In this document: in pieces, positions 9,871-22,434 of the stretch
Layout of the letters: each line of letters starts with the position of its first letter
How positions within the stretch are numbered: the first letter of the stretch is position 1
Position numbers and translations under genes: made by a program
Source: Ruminobacter sp.
Lineage (GTDB): Bacteria; Pseudomonadota; Gammaproteobacteria; Enterobacterales; Succinivibrionaceae
Assembly (NCBI RefSeq): GCF_017940385.1
Contig: NZ_JAGAYS010000041.1
Reading direction: 5' to 3' (one strand)
DNA length: 64,000 bases
The notes under the pieces: generated by a model
The model's database searches: none
What the model was told of the DNA's origin: nothing
What the model saw: only the letters and a program-made list of their open reading frames with translations

Positions 9871-10290
9871 GTAATAAAAATCAATTATATTACTAATTAT
9901 GTGAGTTTGAGAAAGTTATCAAAAATAAATAATATTTTTGTTTTGGGTGTTTTGATGAAAAAATAGTCAATTAAAATCAAATAAAGTTATTTTAATTGTA
10001 TGAAAACAATTTCACTGATAGAGTATTAGGCCGTGATCGAACGGGTAAATGTCATAAACAGTTATGACGACTGGTAGTCAAATTTGAAATAATGATGCAT
10101 ATAAAAAGAGATTGTGCTCAAAATTTGACTTATTTGTTTATTTTTTTGGCTCGTTTTGTGGTTTACCATGGTAAATAAGCGCTCATGCGTCTTTCATTTG
10201 ATTTTAGAACCGTAAATCATAATAAAAATAAAAGCCAAATGGACAATTCTACATAATAACGAATGGTTTAAAGCCTGTAGGACAGTGAAT

Positions 10291-11475
10291 ATGAAAAAAG
10301 CATTATTATCCGTTATGGTTGCGGCCGTTGCCCTGGGTGGAAGCAGTGCTGCTTTTGCTTCAGGTATTGAGGGTACGCATCTTACTGTGTGGGTTAACGG
10401 CGATAAGTCGTATAAAGGAATCGAACAGGTCGGTGAAAAGTTTGAAAAGGACACCGGCATAAAGGTTATTGTGGAACATCCGGAACAGCCTGTCGTGAAA
10501 TTTCTGCAGCACGCGGCTTCAGGAAACGGCCCGGATTTGTTTATGTGGGCTCACGACCGCTTCGGTGAATGGGTTGAATTCGGCTTGCTGACTCCGATTG
10601 AACCTACTCCCGAAGAGCTGGAAAGGTTCCAGCCTGTGGCCTGGGACGCAATGAAGGTTAAGGATAAGTACTACGGCTTTCCTGTGTCTATAGAGGCAAT
10701 TGCACTTATATGTAATAAGGATCTCGTGCCTGAGGCTCCTAAGACGTTTGAAGAGTTCTTTGAACTGGACGATGAGCTGCAGAAGAGTGGAAAGCACGCT
10801 CTGGTGTGGGATTTTAATGACGGATACTTTACATATCCGATACTTTCAGCCAACGGCGGATACTCATTTAAGAAGAATGAAAAGGGTGAGTATGACGTAA
10901 CTACTACCGGTATAAATGATCCGGGTGCGGTTAAGGGGTTGGAGTACATAGTTAAATTAATTAGGGAAGATCATCTGCAGAAATGGCAGGAATTTCCTAA
11001 GATGGAAAAGAAGTTTATTGACGGTGACGTTGGCTGTGTAATAAACGGTGCATGGGGATGGGAAAGATACAGTAAGCTGAATTATTCCGTTAATCCGTTC
11101 CCTACACTTGACGGTAAGCAGGGAAGGCCTTTTGTGGGCGTGCTGGGCATGACCATCAACAGTGCTTCTCCTAACAAGGAAATGGCAAGAAAATTCCTTG
11201 TTGACTATCTGCTGACCGATGAAGGTCTGGAAAAGATGGATAACGACCGTCCGCTCGGTGCGGTTGCACTTAAGTCGTATCAGGCAAGGCTTGAGAAGGA
11301 TCCGAGAATTGCCGTGACGATGTACAATGCGGAGCACGGTGACATTATGCCTAACATACCGGAAATGAACAGATTCTGGAGTTCTCTGCAGACAGCGCTG
11401 AAAAATGCCACAACCGGGCGTCAGTCTGCAAAGAAGGCGTTGAAGATAGCTGAGGAACGTGTGCTGAAGAAGTAA
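10291..11475 (+). CDS. malE: Maltose/maltodextrin-binding periplasmic protein, paralog 1
   Basis: It has a signal peptide (MKKALLSVMVAAVALGGSSAAFA) and MalE-type blocks ([74 protein letters not shown]). ATG 10291 has AGGA 9 nt upstream. The ORF-track start GTG 10285 is less likely. Confidence 0.9.
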   Translation: MKKALLSVMVAAVALGGSSAAFASGIEGTHLTVWVNGDKSYKGIEQVGEKFEKDTGIKVIVEHPEQPVVKFLQHAASGNGPDLFMWAHDRFGEWVEFGLLTPIEPTPEELERFQPVAWDAMKVKDKYYGFPVSIEAIALICNKDLVPEAPKTFEEFFELDDELQKSGKHALVWDFNDGYFTYPILSANGGYSFKKNEKGEYDVTTTGINDPGAVKGLEYIVKLIREDHLQKWQEFPKMEKKFIDGDVGCVINGAWGWERYSKLNYSVNPFPTLDGKQGRPFVGVLGMTINSASPNKEMARKFLVDYLLTDEGLEKMDNDRPLGAVALKSYQARLEKDPRIAVTMYNAEHGDIMPNIPEMNRFWSSLQTALKNATTGRQSAKKALKIAEERVLKK

Positions 11476-11497
11476 TACGCAATGAGTTGAATGAAGT

Positions 11498-11530
11498 CCG
11501 CACCCGAATTGAGGCAGGTGCGGTCTTTTT
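11498..11530 (+). terminator. Intrinsic terminator after malE paralog 1
   Basis: The stem pairs ccgcacc (11498..11504) with ggtgcgg (11517..11523) and is followed by tcttttt. Confidence 0.65.
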
Positions 11531-11718
11531 GTGTGCTTTCATGCCGTGACCCGCATGGCTGAAACAGCAAATATTGCTCCGTATTTCGTTCATAATGAGA
11601 TACATGTTAAAAAAATGCAACTTTTTGATATTTAATTGCATGCATATGTTCTATCATACACATTGTTTAAATCGGTTTGAGGCCGATATTTTTAAGTAAT
11701 AAGTAAGGAAATAGACTA

Positions 11719-12900
11719 ATGAAAAAAACTATTTTAGCTACTGTTGTAGGCTTAGCTGCTTTTGGTTTCGCACAGGTTGCTTCTGCATCAGGTATTGAAG
11801 AAGGTCAGTTAACCATTTGGGTTAACGGTGATAAGTCATATGACGGTATTGCTAAGGTTGGTAAGAAGTTCGAAGAAGCTACCGGCGTTAAGGTAACCGT
11901 TGCTCACCCAGACCAGGTAGAAGTTAAGTTCCAGCAGAACGCAGCTTCAGGTAACGGTCCAGATATTTTCATGTGGGCACATGACCGTTACGGTGAATGG
12001 GTTAAGTCAGGTCTTTTAACCCCAATCGAACCAACCAAGGAAGAATTAAGCAAGTTCCAGGACGTTGCATGGAAGGCTATGACTGTAGACGGTAAGATTT
12101 ACGGTTACCCAGTATCTATCGAAGCTATTGCCTTAATCTGTAACAAGGATATCGTTCCAGAAGCTCCAAAGAGCTTTGAAGAATTCATTGCCCTTGACGA
12201 CAAGCTGAAGAAGGAAGGCAAGCGTGCAATTATGTGGGACTACAACAACGCATTCTTCAGTTACCCATTAATTTCTGCTAACGGCGGTTATGCATTCAAG
12301 AGAAACGCTGACGGCAGCTACGACGTTAAGGACTCAGGTGTTAACAATGACGGCGCTAAGGCCGGTGTTCAGTTCCTCGTTGATTTAATCAAGGGCGATC
12401 ACATGCAGAAGGGTGCTGACTACGGTATCATGGAATCAAGCTTCGTTAACGGTAAGGTTGCTTGTATCATCAACGGACCATGGTCATGGGGTCAGTACAC
12501 AAAGGTTAACTACAGTGTTAACCCAATCCCAACCCTTAAGGGCAACCCAGGTAAGCCATTCGTAGGTGTTCAGGGTATGACCATCAACCAGGCTTCTCCA
12601 AATAAGGACCTTGCTAAGGAATTCTTACTCAACTACCTCCTCACCGATGAAGGTCTTGATAAGATGAACAAGGACAAGCCATTAGGTGCTGCTGCTCTCA
12701 AGTCTTTCGAAGCTAAGCTTGAACAGGATCCAAGAATCAAGGTAACCATGAGCAACGCTAAGATTGGTGACCCAATGCCAAGCGTACCAGAAATGAACCG
12801 TTTCTGGAGTTCATTACAGACTGCTCTTAAGAATGCTACCACCGGTCGTCAGACCTTAGACGAAGCACTTAAGACTGCTGAAGATCGTATCGAAAAGTAA
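11719..12900 (+). CDS. malE: Maltose/maltodextrin-binding periplasmic protein, paralog 2 (first gene of the malEFGK unit)
   Basis: It has a signal peptide ([23 protein letters not shown]) and the same MalE blocks as paralog 1. By eye the two are roughly two-thirds identical. The SD AAGGAA lies 9 nt upstream. Its codon style (CCA, GGT, CGT, TTA) is shared with malFGK. Confidence 0.93.
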   Translation: MKKTILATVVGLAAFGFAQVASASGIEEGQLTIWVNGDKSYDGIAKVGKKFEEATGVKVTVAHPDQVEVKFQQNAASGNGPDIFMWAHDRYGEWVKSGLLTPIEPTKEELSKFQDVAWKAMTVDGKIYGYPVSIEAIALICNKDIVPEAPKSFEEFIALDDKLKKEGKRAIMWDYNNAFFSYPLISANGGYAFKRNADGSYDVKDSGVNNDGAKAGVQFLVDLIKGDHMQKGADYGIMESSFVNGKVACIINGPWSWGQYTKVNYSVNPIPTLKGNPGKPFVGVQGMTINQASPNKDLAKEFLLNYLLTDEGLDKMNKDKPLGAAALKSFEAKLEQDPRIKVTMSNAKIGDPMPSVPEMNRFWSSLQTALKNATTGRQTLDEALKTAEDRIEK

Positions 12901-12920
12901 GATAATCTTTCATAAATTAA

Positions 12921-12945
12921 AGAAGCTCAGACATGAGCTTCTTTT
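12921..12945 (+). terminator. Intrinsic terminator or attenuating hairpin between malE-2 and malF
   Basis: A perfect 9-bp stem pairs agaagctca (12921..12929) with tgagcttct (12934..12942). The loop is 4 nt and ttt follows. Confidence 0.6.
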
Positions 12946-13062
12946 ATGAAAGGCTAGAATTAAAAGCTTTAATATGAAAATATTAAAGTTTTTATTTGTA
13001 GTAAAAATTTTTTTATTACAGTTTTACAAGCTAAATTTAGAATAAGTTATTAGGGTATTAGC

Positions 13063-14763
13063 ATGGATTCTTTCGCTTTTGAAAAAAGAGGTAAAACCTC
13101 TGGAGGTGGAGCGCCTGGCTTAATGATACTCAAAGGTTTACTATCAGCGATAGTATTACTCTTTGGTGTATTCATGATAAGCTCTATGTTTACTCATGGT
13201 CAGTACGCTTTCGCAATCTTGTTTACAATAGTCATTGCAGGTGGTCTGCTTGTGACATGGATGAAGGGAATGTATCCTCACAGATATATTTTCCCAAGTA
13301 TCGCGGGTATGGTTGTATTCATCATATTCCCTCTCGTATACACCGTGTACATTGCATTTACCAACTACTCTGCAAAGAACCTCTTCACTCTTGAAAGAGC
13401 TGAGAATTATTTCCTTTCTCAGACTTACAGAATTGAAGGCGGTGACTACCAGTTTAAGCTTTACGCTAAGGAAGGTAATAAGTACGTTATCGTACTTAAC
13501 AATCAGCCTACTATGTTAGCTGACGGTAATCCTTCTGAAGTTCGTACCTACGCATCTCCTGAAACCGTGTTCTTTGATAAGGATCAGATGGAGAAGCCTA
13601 GTAACAAGACTACCGCTTCAAAGACAGTAATTCATGTTACCAAGGTTGATAACAGCTATACCCAGGACATGGAAGACTGCGGTATCAAGTGTAAGGCTGC
13701 ATTCAGAGATTACCTGAAGTCAATCAAGATTAAGATCGACGCTCAGGAACTCACCTATACCGGTCTTAACACTTTCAGTGCCGTTAAGAACAGATTCGTT
13801 CGTCAGGATCAGGTAGTTCTCGGTAACCAGGAAACTTTACAGAATTCCCACATGCTCAAGGACGTATCAGATGATTCCTTAATCATCCCTGACATGAATG
13901 ACGGTTACTACAAGACCATTGACACCCAGACCGGTGAACCAGTCGGTGAAAGAATGGCTCCAGGTTTCCGTGTATACATCGGTTTCGAGCACTTCAAGAG
14001 AATTTTCAACGACCCAAGTATTTCTACTCCGTTCGTTAAGATTTTCATCTGGACCGTTTGTTTCGCTGCTTTAACAGTATTCATTACCTTAGCAATCGGT
14101 ATGGTTCTCGCTTGTCTCGTACAGTGGGAATTCTTAAAGGGCAGAGGTATTTACCGTTTAATCCTCATTCTCCCATACGCAGTACCGTCATTCATTTCAA
14201 TCCTCGTATTTAAGGGTTTGTTTAATGAAAACTTCGGTGAAATCAACCGTATTCTGGACTTCTTCCTCGGTTGGAGACCTGAATGGTACAACGAAGCCGG
14301 CTATGCTCGTGCAATGATTCTGCTCGTTAATGCATGGTTAGGTTATCCATACATGATGATTCTCTGTATGGGTCTGTTAAAGTCTATTCCTGATGATCTC
14401 TATGAAGCATCTGCAATGGACGGTTCAGGTCCTGTTCAGAACTTCATGAACATTACTCTTCCATTGTTAATGAAGCCATTAACTCCGTTACTTATCGCTT
14501 CATTCGCATTTAACTTCAACAACTTCGTGTTGATTATGCTGTTAACTAACGGTGGCCCTGACTTCTTACCTGAAGACGGTGTTGTAACCACTGCAGGTTC
14601 TACTGACTTGCTCGTGTCTTATACCTATCGTCTCGCATTCGAAGGTGGCGCAGGTGGTAATGACTACGGTCTGGCTTCCGCAATTGCAACCACTATCTTC
14701 ATCTTAGTTGGTGCATTATCTATAGTTAACTTAAAGATTTCCAAGATGGGAGCTAAGGACTAA
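13063..14763 (+). CDS. malF: Maltodextrin ABC transporter permease MalF
   Basis: It has multiple TM segments, a long periplasmic loop after TM3, and the EAA motif region ([23 protein letters not shown]). Confidence 0.9.
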   Translation: MDSFAFEKRGKTSGGGAPGLMILKGLLSAIVLLFGVFMISSMFTHGQYAFAILFTIVIAGGLLVTWMKGMYPHRYIFPSIAGMVVFIIFPLVYTVYIAFTNYSAKNLFTLERAENYFLSQTYRIEGGDYQFKLYAKEGNKYVIVLNNQPTMLADGNPSEVRTYASPETVFFDKDQMEKPSNKTTASKTVIHVTKVDNSYTQDMEDCGIKCKAAFRDYLKSIKIKIDAQELTYTGLNTFSAVKNRFVRQDQVVLGNQETLQNSHMLKDVSDDSLIIPDMNDGYYKTIDTQTGEPVGERMAPGFRVYIGFEHFKRIFNDPSISTPFVKIFIWTVCFAALTVFITLAIGMVLACLVQWEFLKGRGIYRLILILPYAVPSFISILVFKGLFNENFGEINRILDFFLGWRPEWYNEAGYARAMILLVNAWLGYPYMMILCMGLLKSIPDDLYEASAMDGSGPVQNFMNITLPLLMKPLTPLLIASFAFNFNNFVLIMLLTNGGPDFLPEDGVVTTAGSTDLLVSYTYRLAFEGGAGGNDYGLASAIATTIFILVGALSIVNLKISKMGAKD

Positions 14764-14765
14764 TC

Positions 14766-15683
14766 ATGGCAATTGTACAACCTAAGTCGATTAAATATCG
14801 CATTTTGGCTACACACATTGTAATGTGCCTGTTTTTACTTGCTGTTCTGTTTCCGTTATACATGGTTGTGATGATTTCATTCCGTGAAGGTAACTTCGCA
14901 ACCAACGTATCAGACAGTTTCTATGACCTCTTCTTACCAAGAATGGATTCATTGACTCTGGATCACTGGAAACTTGCTTTAGGCATGTCATATGTTGATG
15001 AAGCCGGTGTTGAACACCTTCCTCCATTCCCTGTATTAAAGTGGCTTTGGAACTCAATCATCATTTCATTCTTCACCTCTGCGTTCATCGTACTGCTGTC
15101 AACCACCAGTGCGTATGCGTTTGCACGTCTGAACTTCAAGGGTAAGAATGCACTCTTAAACTGCATGCTGATTTTCCAGATGTTCCCTTCAGTGCTTGCA
15201 CTCGTTGCTATCTATGCATTGTTCGATAACATCGGTGAATACATTCCGTTTATCGGTCTTGATACCAGAGCAGGTCTGATTCTTTCTTATATGGGTGGTA
15301 TTGCCCTCCATATTTGGACTATCAAGGGTTACTTTGAAACCATTGATGCTTCACTGGAAGAAGCTGCCGCCATTGACGGTGCTACCCCATGGCAGGCATT
15401 CAGACTCGTACTGTTACCTCTGTCAGTACCAATTCTTGCAGTAGTATTCATCCTTGCATTTATCGGTACCATTACTGAAGTTCCAGTAGCAAGTATCCTC
15501 TTAAATGACGTAGATAATTACACCCTGGCCGTAGGTTCTCAGCAGTATCTTGCTTCTCAGAACAAGCTTTGGGGTGACTTCGCAGCAGCGGCTGTTATGT
15601 CTGGTCTTCCTATTACCGTCGTATTTATGTTAGCTCAGCGTTGGTTAGTAGGTGGTCTGACTGCCGGTGGTGTAAAGGGTTAA
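14766..15683 (+). CDS. malG: Maltodextrin ABC transporter permease MalG
   Basis: The EAA motif is [23 protein letters not shown]. It has six predicted TM segments and starts 2 nt after the malF stop. Confidence 0.9.
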   Translation: MAIVQPKSIKYRILATHIVMCLFLLAVLFPLYMVVMISFREGNFATNVSDSFYDLFLPRMDSLTLDHWKLALGMSYVDEAGVEHLPPFPVLKWLWNSIIISFFTSAFIVLLSTTSAYAFARLNFKGKNALLNCMLIFQMFPSVLALVAIYALFDNIGEYIPFIGLDTRAGLILSYMGGIALHIWTIKGYFETIDASLEEAAAIDGATPWQAFRLVLLPLSVPILAVVFILAFIGTITEVPVASILLNDVDNYTLAVGSQQYLASQNKLWGDFAAAAVMSGLPITVVFMLAQRWLVGGLTAGGVKG

Positions 15684-15748
15684 TCGATATTTTACAATGC
15701 GGTGTTTAACGCACCGCATGTTATAAAAGAATTTTTATGGAGCTATAA

Positions 15749-16885
15749 ATGGCTGAAGTTACTTTAACAAACGTTCGTAAGAACTATAATCCAAGTTTAT
15801 TGAAAGATACCTTACGTAATATCAACCTTGATATTAAAGATGGTGAATTCATCGTGTTCGTTGGTCCGTCTGGTTGCGGTAAGTCTACCCTTCTGCGTAT
15901 GATTGCCGGTCTTGAAGACATCACCGACGGTGAATTAAAGATCGGTTCAAAGGTGATGAACGATGTTCCTCCTGTAGACCGCGGTGTAGGTATGGTGTTC
16001 CAGTCTTACGCACTTTATCCTCACATGGATGTTCGTCAGAACATGGAATTCGGTCTTAAGTTAAAGAAGTTCGACAAGGATACCATTGAAAAGCGTGTTA
16101 ACAACGCTGCTCAGATCCTCGGTCTCGAAGCTTTAATGGATCGTAAGCCAAAGGCTCTGTCAGGTGGTCAGCGTCAGCGTGTTGCTATCGGTCGTTCTAT
16201 CGTTCAGCAGCCTGACGTATTCCTCTTCGACGAACCTTTATCAAACCTCGATGCTGCTCTCCGTGTTAAGATGCGTATCGAAATTGCCAAGTTACATAAG
16301 GAATTAAATTCTACAATCATCTACGTAACTCACGACCAGGTTGAAGCTATGACCCTGGCTGACAAGATTGTAGTATTAAGTCCGTTAAAGGAATCTGCAG
16401 AAACCAACCTTGAACAGTTTGGTACTCCGCTTGAACTTTACCACAACCCAACCAACAAGTTCGTTGCAGGCTTCATCGGTTCACCTAAGATGAACTTCCT
16501 CAAGGGCCAGCTCATCGAAATCGGTGAAGAAACCTGTAAGGTTAAGTTAAATACCGGTGACGTTATCACTGCATGTGTTGACGCACGTCGCGCAAGCGTT
16601 GGTGACAAGGTTGAATTAGGTATTCGTCCTGAACACCTCGTTCCGGTTGAACATCCTGATTCAAAGAGCCGTCTGTCTGGTATGGTTCAGGTTGCAGAAC
16701 ACTTAGGTGCTGAAAGCTTTGTTTACCTTGATGTTGACGGTGAAGACTTTACCGTTAAAGCTGCTTCAGAAATCCCTGTTGATACCGGGGATTCTCTCGA
16801 AGTTGGTATCCCAGCTGAAGCTTGTTACCTTTTCGATTCTCAGGAAAAGGCATTCAAGAGAACCGCAAGATATAACAGAACTTAA
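15749..16885 (+). CDS. malK: Maltodextrin ABC transporter ATPase MalK (MsmK/UgpC type)
   Basis: It has Walker A (GPSGCGKST), the signature motif (LSGGQRQR), Walker B (FLFDEPLSNLD) and a C-terminal regulatory (TOBE-like) domain. Confidence 0.92.
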   Translation: MAEVTLTNVRKNYNPSLLKDTLRNINLDIKDGEFIVFVGPSGCGKSTLLRMIAGLEDITDGELKIGSKVMNDVPPVDRGVGMVFQSYALYPHMDVRQNMEFGLKLKKFDKDTIEKRVNNAAQILGLEALMDRKPKALSGGQRQRVAIGRSIVQQPDVFLFDEPLSNLDAALRVKMRIEIAKLHKELNSTIIYVTHDQVEAMTLADKIVVLSPLKESAETNLEQFGTPLELYHNPTNKFVAGFIGSPKMNFLKGQLIEIGEETCKVKLNTGDVITACVDARRASVGDKVELGIRPEHLVPVEHPDSKSRLSGMVQVAEHLGAESFVYLDVDGEDFTVKAASEIPVDTGDSLEVGIPAEACYLFDSQEKAFKRTARYNRT

Positions 16886-16907
16886 TTTTTAGCTTGTAAT
16901 TTTTTAA

Positions 16908-16933
16908 AGCGACACTCCGGTGTCGCTTTTTTC
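16908..16933 (+). terminator. Intrinsic terminator after malK
   Basis: The stem pairs agcgacac (16908..16915) with gtgtcgct (16920..16927). The loop is tccg and tttttt follows. Confidence 0.85.
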
Positions 16934-17303
16934 TTTTGTCTTAACGTAATTATCGGAAAATCGGGAAAAGGCACTTGTCCATTTTAAATGGTGAAATACT
17001 CTTCATCCCAGCTTAAAATCTTAATCGTTTTTTGCAATCCTGTACTGATGAGTTTCTGTTTTGGGGATGTGTTTTGATATGTGAACAGTCCATTCATCAA
17101 AATATTGACGTTAACTCATCATCCGCTTAAACCGCTCAACCTCTATTGCCTGTGTTAAAGCGGTAAGTCTGCTGATGTTAAAAACGAGGCTTTTCTTTTG
17201 TGCAGATGTGCTCCGTCATTATCACACTTCCTTGTTTTAAGGACTTCCGGTGAATGTCATAGTAATTTCCCTAAACGCGTTTTATGACGTTGAACAAGGT
17301 AAT

Positions 17304-17340
17304 AAAAAAACCGGAACTGCGTTATTTCGAAGTTCCGGTT
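17304..17340 (-). terminator. Intrinsic terminator of the amino-acid ABC operon (minus strand)
   Basis: On the minus strand, AACCGGAACT pairs with AGTTCCGGTT (a 10-bp stem with a 12-nt loop). TTTTTTT follows immediately, directly after the stop at 17361. Confidence 0.85.
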
Positions 17341-17360
17341 CATGACTGTGGGGCAGGTGA

Positions 17361-18110
17361 CTATTTTGAGTGAATCTGATTCAGAAATTCACGTAGTCTC
17401 TGATCCTTCGGATGGTTGAATATGTCGTCTGGAGTTCCCTGTTCCTGAATGTTCTTATTGTCAAAGAACAGTACCCTGTTTGATACCTTCTGGGCAAATT
17501 TCATTTCATGCGTAACCACAACCATGGTCATGCCATCGTCTGCGAGTTCCTTCATCATGCTGAGGACTTCATTAACCATTTCAGGATCCAGGGCGCTTGT
17601 CGGTTCATCAAACAGGACAATTGACGGTTTCATTGCAATGGTGCGGATGATGGAGACACGCTGCTGCTGGCCCCCTGAAAGCTGTGAAGGATACTTGTCA
17701 GCATGTTCGGCGAGACCGACTCTTTCAAGCATCTGCATAGCCCATTCATCTGCTTCCTTTCTGGTATATATATTATGAAGCACCGGAGACAGGGTGATGT
17801 TCTGTTTTACCGTGAGATTCTGGAACAGGTTAAACTGCTGGAATACCATGCCGATTTTAGGAGTGATGTCTATTAATGTATTCTGTGGCAGACTTGTCAG
17901 TTCCATGCCGTCAAAGTAGATTTTGCCGGAAGTCGGGCGTTCAAGCAGGTTAAGCATGCGTATAAAGGTGGATTTACCGCATCCTGACGGACCGATAATG
18001 GCAATGACGTCTCCTTTGTTTATGGTCAGGGAGATGTTTTTTAAAACCTCGTGAGAACCGTATGTTTTGCAGAGACCTTCAATCTGCATGACAACATTAT
18101 TATCGTTCAT
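17361..18110 (-). CDS. Polar amino-acid ABC transporter ATP-binding protein (GlnQ/ArtP type)
   Basis: It has Walker A (GPSGCGKST), the signature motif (LSGGQQQR) and Walker B ([11 protein letters not shown]). It overlaps the upstream permease gene by 11 nt. Confidence 0.9.
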   Translation of the reverse strand: MNDNNVVMQIEGLCKTYGSHEVLKNISLTINKGDVIAIIGPSGCGKSTFIRMLNLLERPTSGKIYFDGMELTSLPQNTLIDITPKIGMVFQQFNLFQNLTVKQNITLSPVLHNIYTRKEADEWAMQMLERVGLAEHADKYPSQLSGGQQQRVSIIRTIAMKPSIVLFDEPTSALDPEMVNEVLSMMKELADDGMTMVVVTHEMKFAQKVSNRVLFFDNKNIQEQGTPDDIFNHPKDQRLREFLNQIHSK

Positions 18111-19626
18111 TCTTTTTCATTCTCCTTTCAAGGTGGGCAACTCCTGCTGACAGTGTGCCGATAATGAGAAGGTATATAAGAGCCACTGCCAGAAGCGGAA
18201 GGAAGGCTTCAAACGTGGTGTTTCTGATGACCACGCCGCCTCGTGTAAGATCCATGAGACCTATGTATCCGCATATTGAGGTTTCCTTTATCAGTGAAAT
18301 ACCTTCGTTTGCCAGGGCAGGCAGTACGTTTTTAAATGCCTGCGGAATGATTATGTGTTTCATTACCGTGAACGGTCTGAGACCGAGGGAGTATCCTGCC
18401 TCAAACTGTCCTGCAGGTATTGCAAGCATGCCTGATCGTATGATTTCGGTTGTATAGGCCATGGAATTGAGGCCGAAGGCGATTATGGCCACCAGCACCT
18501 TGTTGATATCCACGGATGCGAATATCACGTAGTATATTATCAGAAGCTGTACCATTACAGGCGTACCTCTGATGATGTTTACGTAAAGTTTTATCAGAAG
18601 ATTGAGAATTCTGAAACGTCCTGTTTTCAGATGGAGTACGCGTATTATGGCCATGACTGTTCCGCCGCAGAGACCTAACAGGGCCGCGAATGCGGATATG
18701 ACCAGGGTTACGCAGAGACCGTTAAAGAGCAGCTTCCATCTGTCTTCCTTGACGAAATTGTTGTACAGTTTGTCTTTAAATGACTGATTCTGCATGCTCA
18801 TTAAGGCTTTTTCAGTCGGTATCACCACGAGAATTCTGGAGGTACATATGTCATGGGTGAAGTTTATTACCTTGGCTCTTTCTTCAGTTTTGGAAAAGCC
18901 GGAAAAACCCGCATGAACCTTTCCCGTGCTTACGGCGTTGATGATGCCGTCAAACTCCATGCTTTCAATTTTAAGCTTCATGTGGAGTCTGTCCGCAATG
19001 ATTGCGGCCATTTCCATTTCAATTCCGGTTATTTCATTGTTCTGGTAGAACTCATAAGGAGGAAAGTCCGGGCTGGTGGCTATAATCAGCTCCGGGCCTT
19101 CGGTTGTTGTCGGGGTGTAGTGGTAATTACCGGTTTTGGTAACATAGGTGTCGTAGAGTTTTTCGTAAGTACCGTCTTTTACGATTTCGTCTATTATACT
19201 GTTGAATTCATTGAGAAGTTTTTCCTGTCCCTTCGGCAGAATGGCGGCATATGATTCAGTGTTGAACGGTGTGTTGAGAATCTGCAGATTGGCGTTGTCG
19301 CTGACGAATTTCTTAGCTGGAAGTTCATCAAGAACAACAGCGTCAAGCTTTCCCTGATTAAGAGCCGCTATGGCATCAGGGGAATTATTGTAGCGTTCGG
19401 CCATCGGACATTTGTTCTGAGTCAGATAATCATTAATGGCTATTTCAGTGGTCGTTCCTATCTGAACACCGACTCTGGCATGACAGAGGTCTTTAATTGA
19501 TTCAACTCTGTTAACAGTATTTTCCGAGTTACATGCCGTGAGGGAGAATAATGACGCGGCGAAAAGGGCGATAAAGCCTGTTACATGTAGAAGAGAGCGC
19601 CATTTTTCCATATTGTGGGTGTTCAT
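18100..19626 (-). CDS. Fused lipoprotein substrate-binding domain plus permease of a polar amino-acid ABC transporter; the binding-domain segments are in permuted order
   Basis: The likely start is ATG 19626 ([32 protein letters not shown], with lipobox LTAC). The C-terminal ~220 aa are a HisM/GlnP-type permease carrying the EAA-like block ([23 protein letters not shown]). The N-terminal ~250 aa are a type-3 SBP. See the finding for the segment order. Confidence 0.85.
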   Translation of the reverse strand: MNTHNMEKWRSLLHVTGFIALFAASLFSLTACNSENTVNRVESIKDLCHARVGVQIGTTTEIAINDYLTQNKCPMAERYNNSPDAIAALNQGKLDAVVLDELPAKKFVSDNANLQILNTPFNTESYAAILPKGQEKLLNEFNSIIDEIVKDGTYEKLYDTYVTKTGNYHYTPTTTEGPELIIATSPDFPPYEFYQNNEITGIEMEMAAIIADRLHMKLKIESMEFDGIINAVSTGKVHAGFSGFSKTEERAKVINFTHDICTSRILVVIPTEKALMSMQNQSFKDKLYNNFVKEDRWKLLFNGLCVTLVISAFAALLGLCGGTVMAIIRVLHLKTGRFRILNLLIKLYVNIIRGTPVMVQLLIIYYVIFASVDINKVLVAIIAFGLNSMAYTTEIIRSGMLAIPAGQFEAGYSLGLRPFTVMKHIIIPQAFKNVLPALANEGISLIKETSICGYIGLMDLTRGGVVIRNTTFEAFLPLLAVALIYLLIIGTLSAGVAHLERRMKKNER

Positions 19627-19876
19627 AAAAAAGATCCGACTCCTGAAGAAAAAAACAATTCGACTATTATACGCTTTATTACCTTTCTCTAAAATGATCA
19701 AAAAAGTATACCTGTTGTTTTGATGAGCGCCGAAGCCTGCGGATACGGGAAAAACATTGTGTGATGACAGAAAAAAAACAGCTTGTGATAAAAAGGAAAT
19801 CATCTTGTGATGAAAGATGAAATAGGTGGATTACGCTGTTTGAAAAAAGAGGAACATGCAGAAAAACACTGCCCTG

Positions 19877-19958
19877 AAAAAAAAGAAACCAGTCTCGTGC
19901 ACATGGGCACTGAGGACTGGCGTTATCAATGATTAATAACCATAGGACTAATGAACGT
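19877..19958 (-). ncRNA. Candidate small RNA of about 80 nt, or a terminated leader transcript
   Basis: On the minus strand, a TTGACT-N16-TATAAT promoter (19990..19963) precedes an AU-rich single-stranded stretch. A 32-nt GC-rich imperfect hairpin follows (plus-strand 19889..19920), then UUUCUUUUUUUU. The enclosed sequence holds no ORF longer than 5 codons. Confidence 0.35.
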
Positions 19959-19962
19959 GCCT

Positions 19963-19990
19963 ATTATATTAAAAATGTGAAATAAGTCAA
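19963..19990 (-). promoter_or_regulatory. Near-consensus sigma70 promoter (minus strand)
   Basis: The -35 TTGACT is the complement of 19985..19990 and the -10 TATAAT is the complement of 19963..19968. The spacer is 16 nt. Confidence 0.5.
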
Positions 19991-20013
19991 TATTTTTTAA
20001 TAAAATTATCAAA

Positions 20014-20041
20014 TTGACATGTTTCATTAAGTAAGTAGAAT
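20014..20041 (+). promoter_or_regulatory. Candidate sigma70 promoter for the queA-tgt operon, back-to-back with the minus-strand promoter
   Basis: It reads TTGACA (20014..20019), a 16-nt spacer, then TAGAAT (20036..20041). It lies about 190 nt upstream of queA. Confidence 0.45.
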
Positions 20042-20230
20042 AGTACAGGTTTATCTGATGTTATTTTTTTTATGTTTAATTAATTCCGGAAACACGGTGT
20101 TTTCAGGCCTTTTCGGTTGATTCACCGGCCTGTTGCCTAATCGTCGGAGTGTTTCTCCGTTCCGTTCATGAGGCCGTGTTTCATTATTTGTGTGCGCTTT
20201 ACGTAAGTGTAAGCTGGGCGGTTGTTTATT

Positions 20231-22434
<2,204 letters not shown>

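Noticed and set aside
10092-10178. 28-codon hydrophobic ORF (MMHIKRDCAQNLTYLFIFLARFVVYHGK) in the AT-rich mal upstream region
   Set aside because: It has no Shine-Dalgarno sequence. AT-rich sequence generates such ORFs by chance, and there is no terminator or repeat support.
18853-19254. 133-aa plus-strand ORF inside the fused SBD-permease gene
   Set aside because: It is antisense to a well-supported ABC transporter gene, and it has no SD or motif.
19627-19876. Repeated ATCACAAG / TGTGAT motifs upstream of the amino-acid ABC operon as CRP sites
   Set aside because: Only TGTGA half-sites are present, and no TGTGA-N6-TCACA dyad could be formed.
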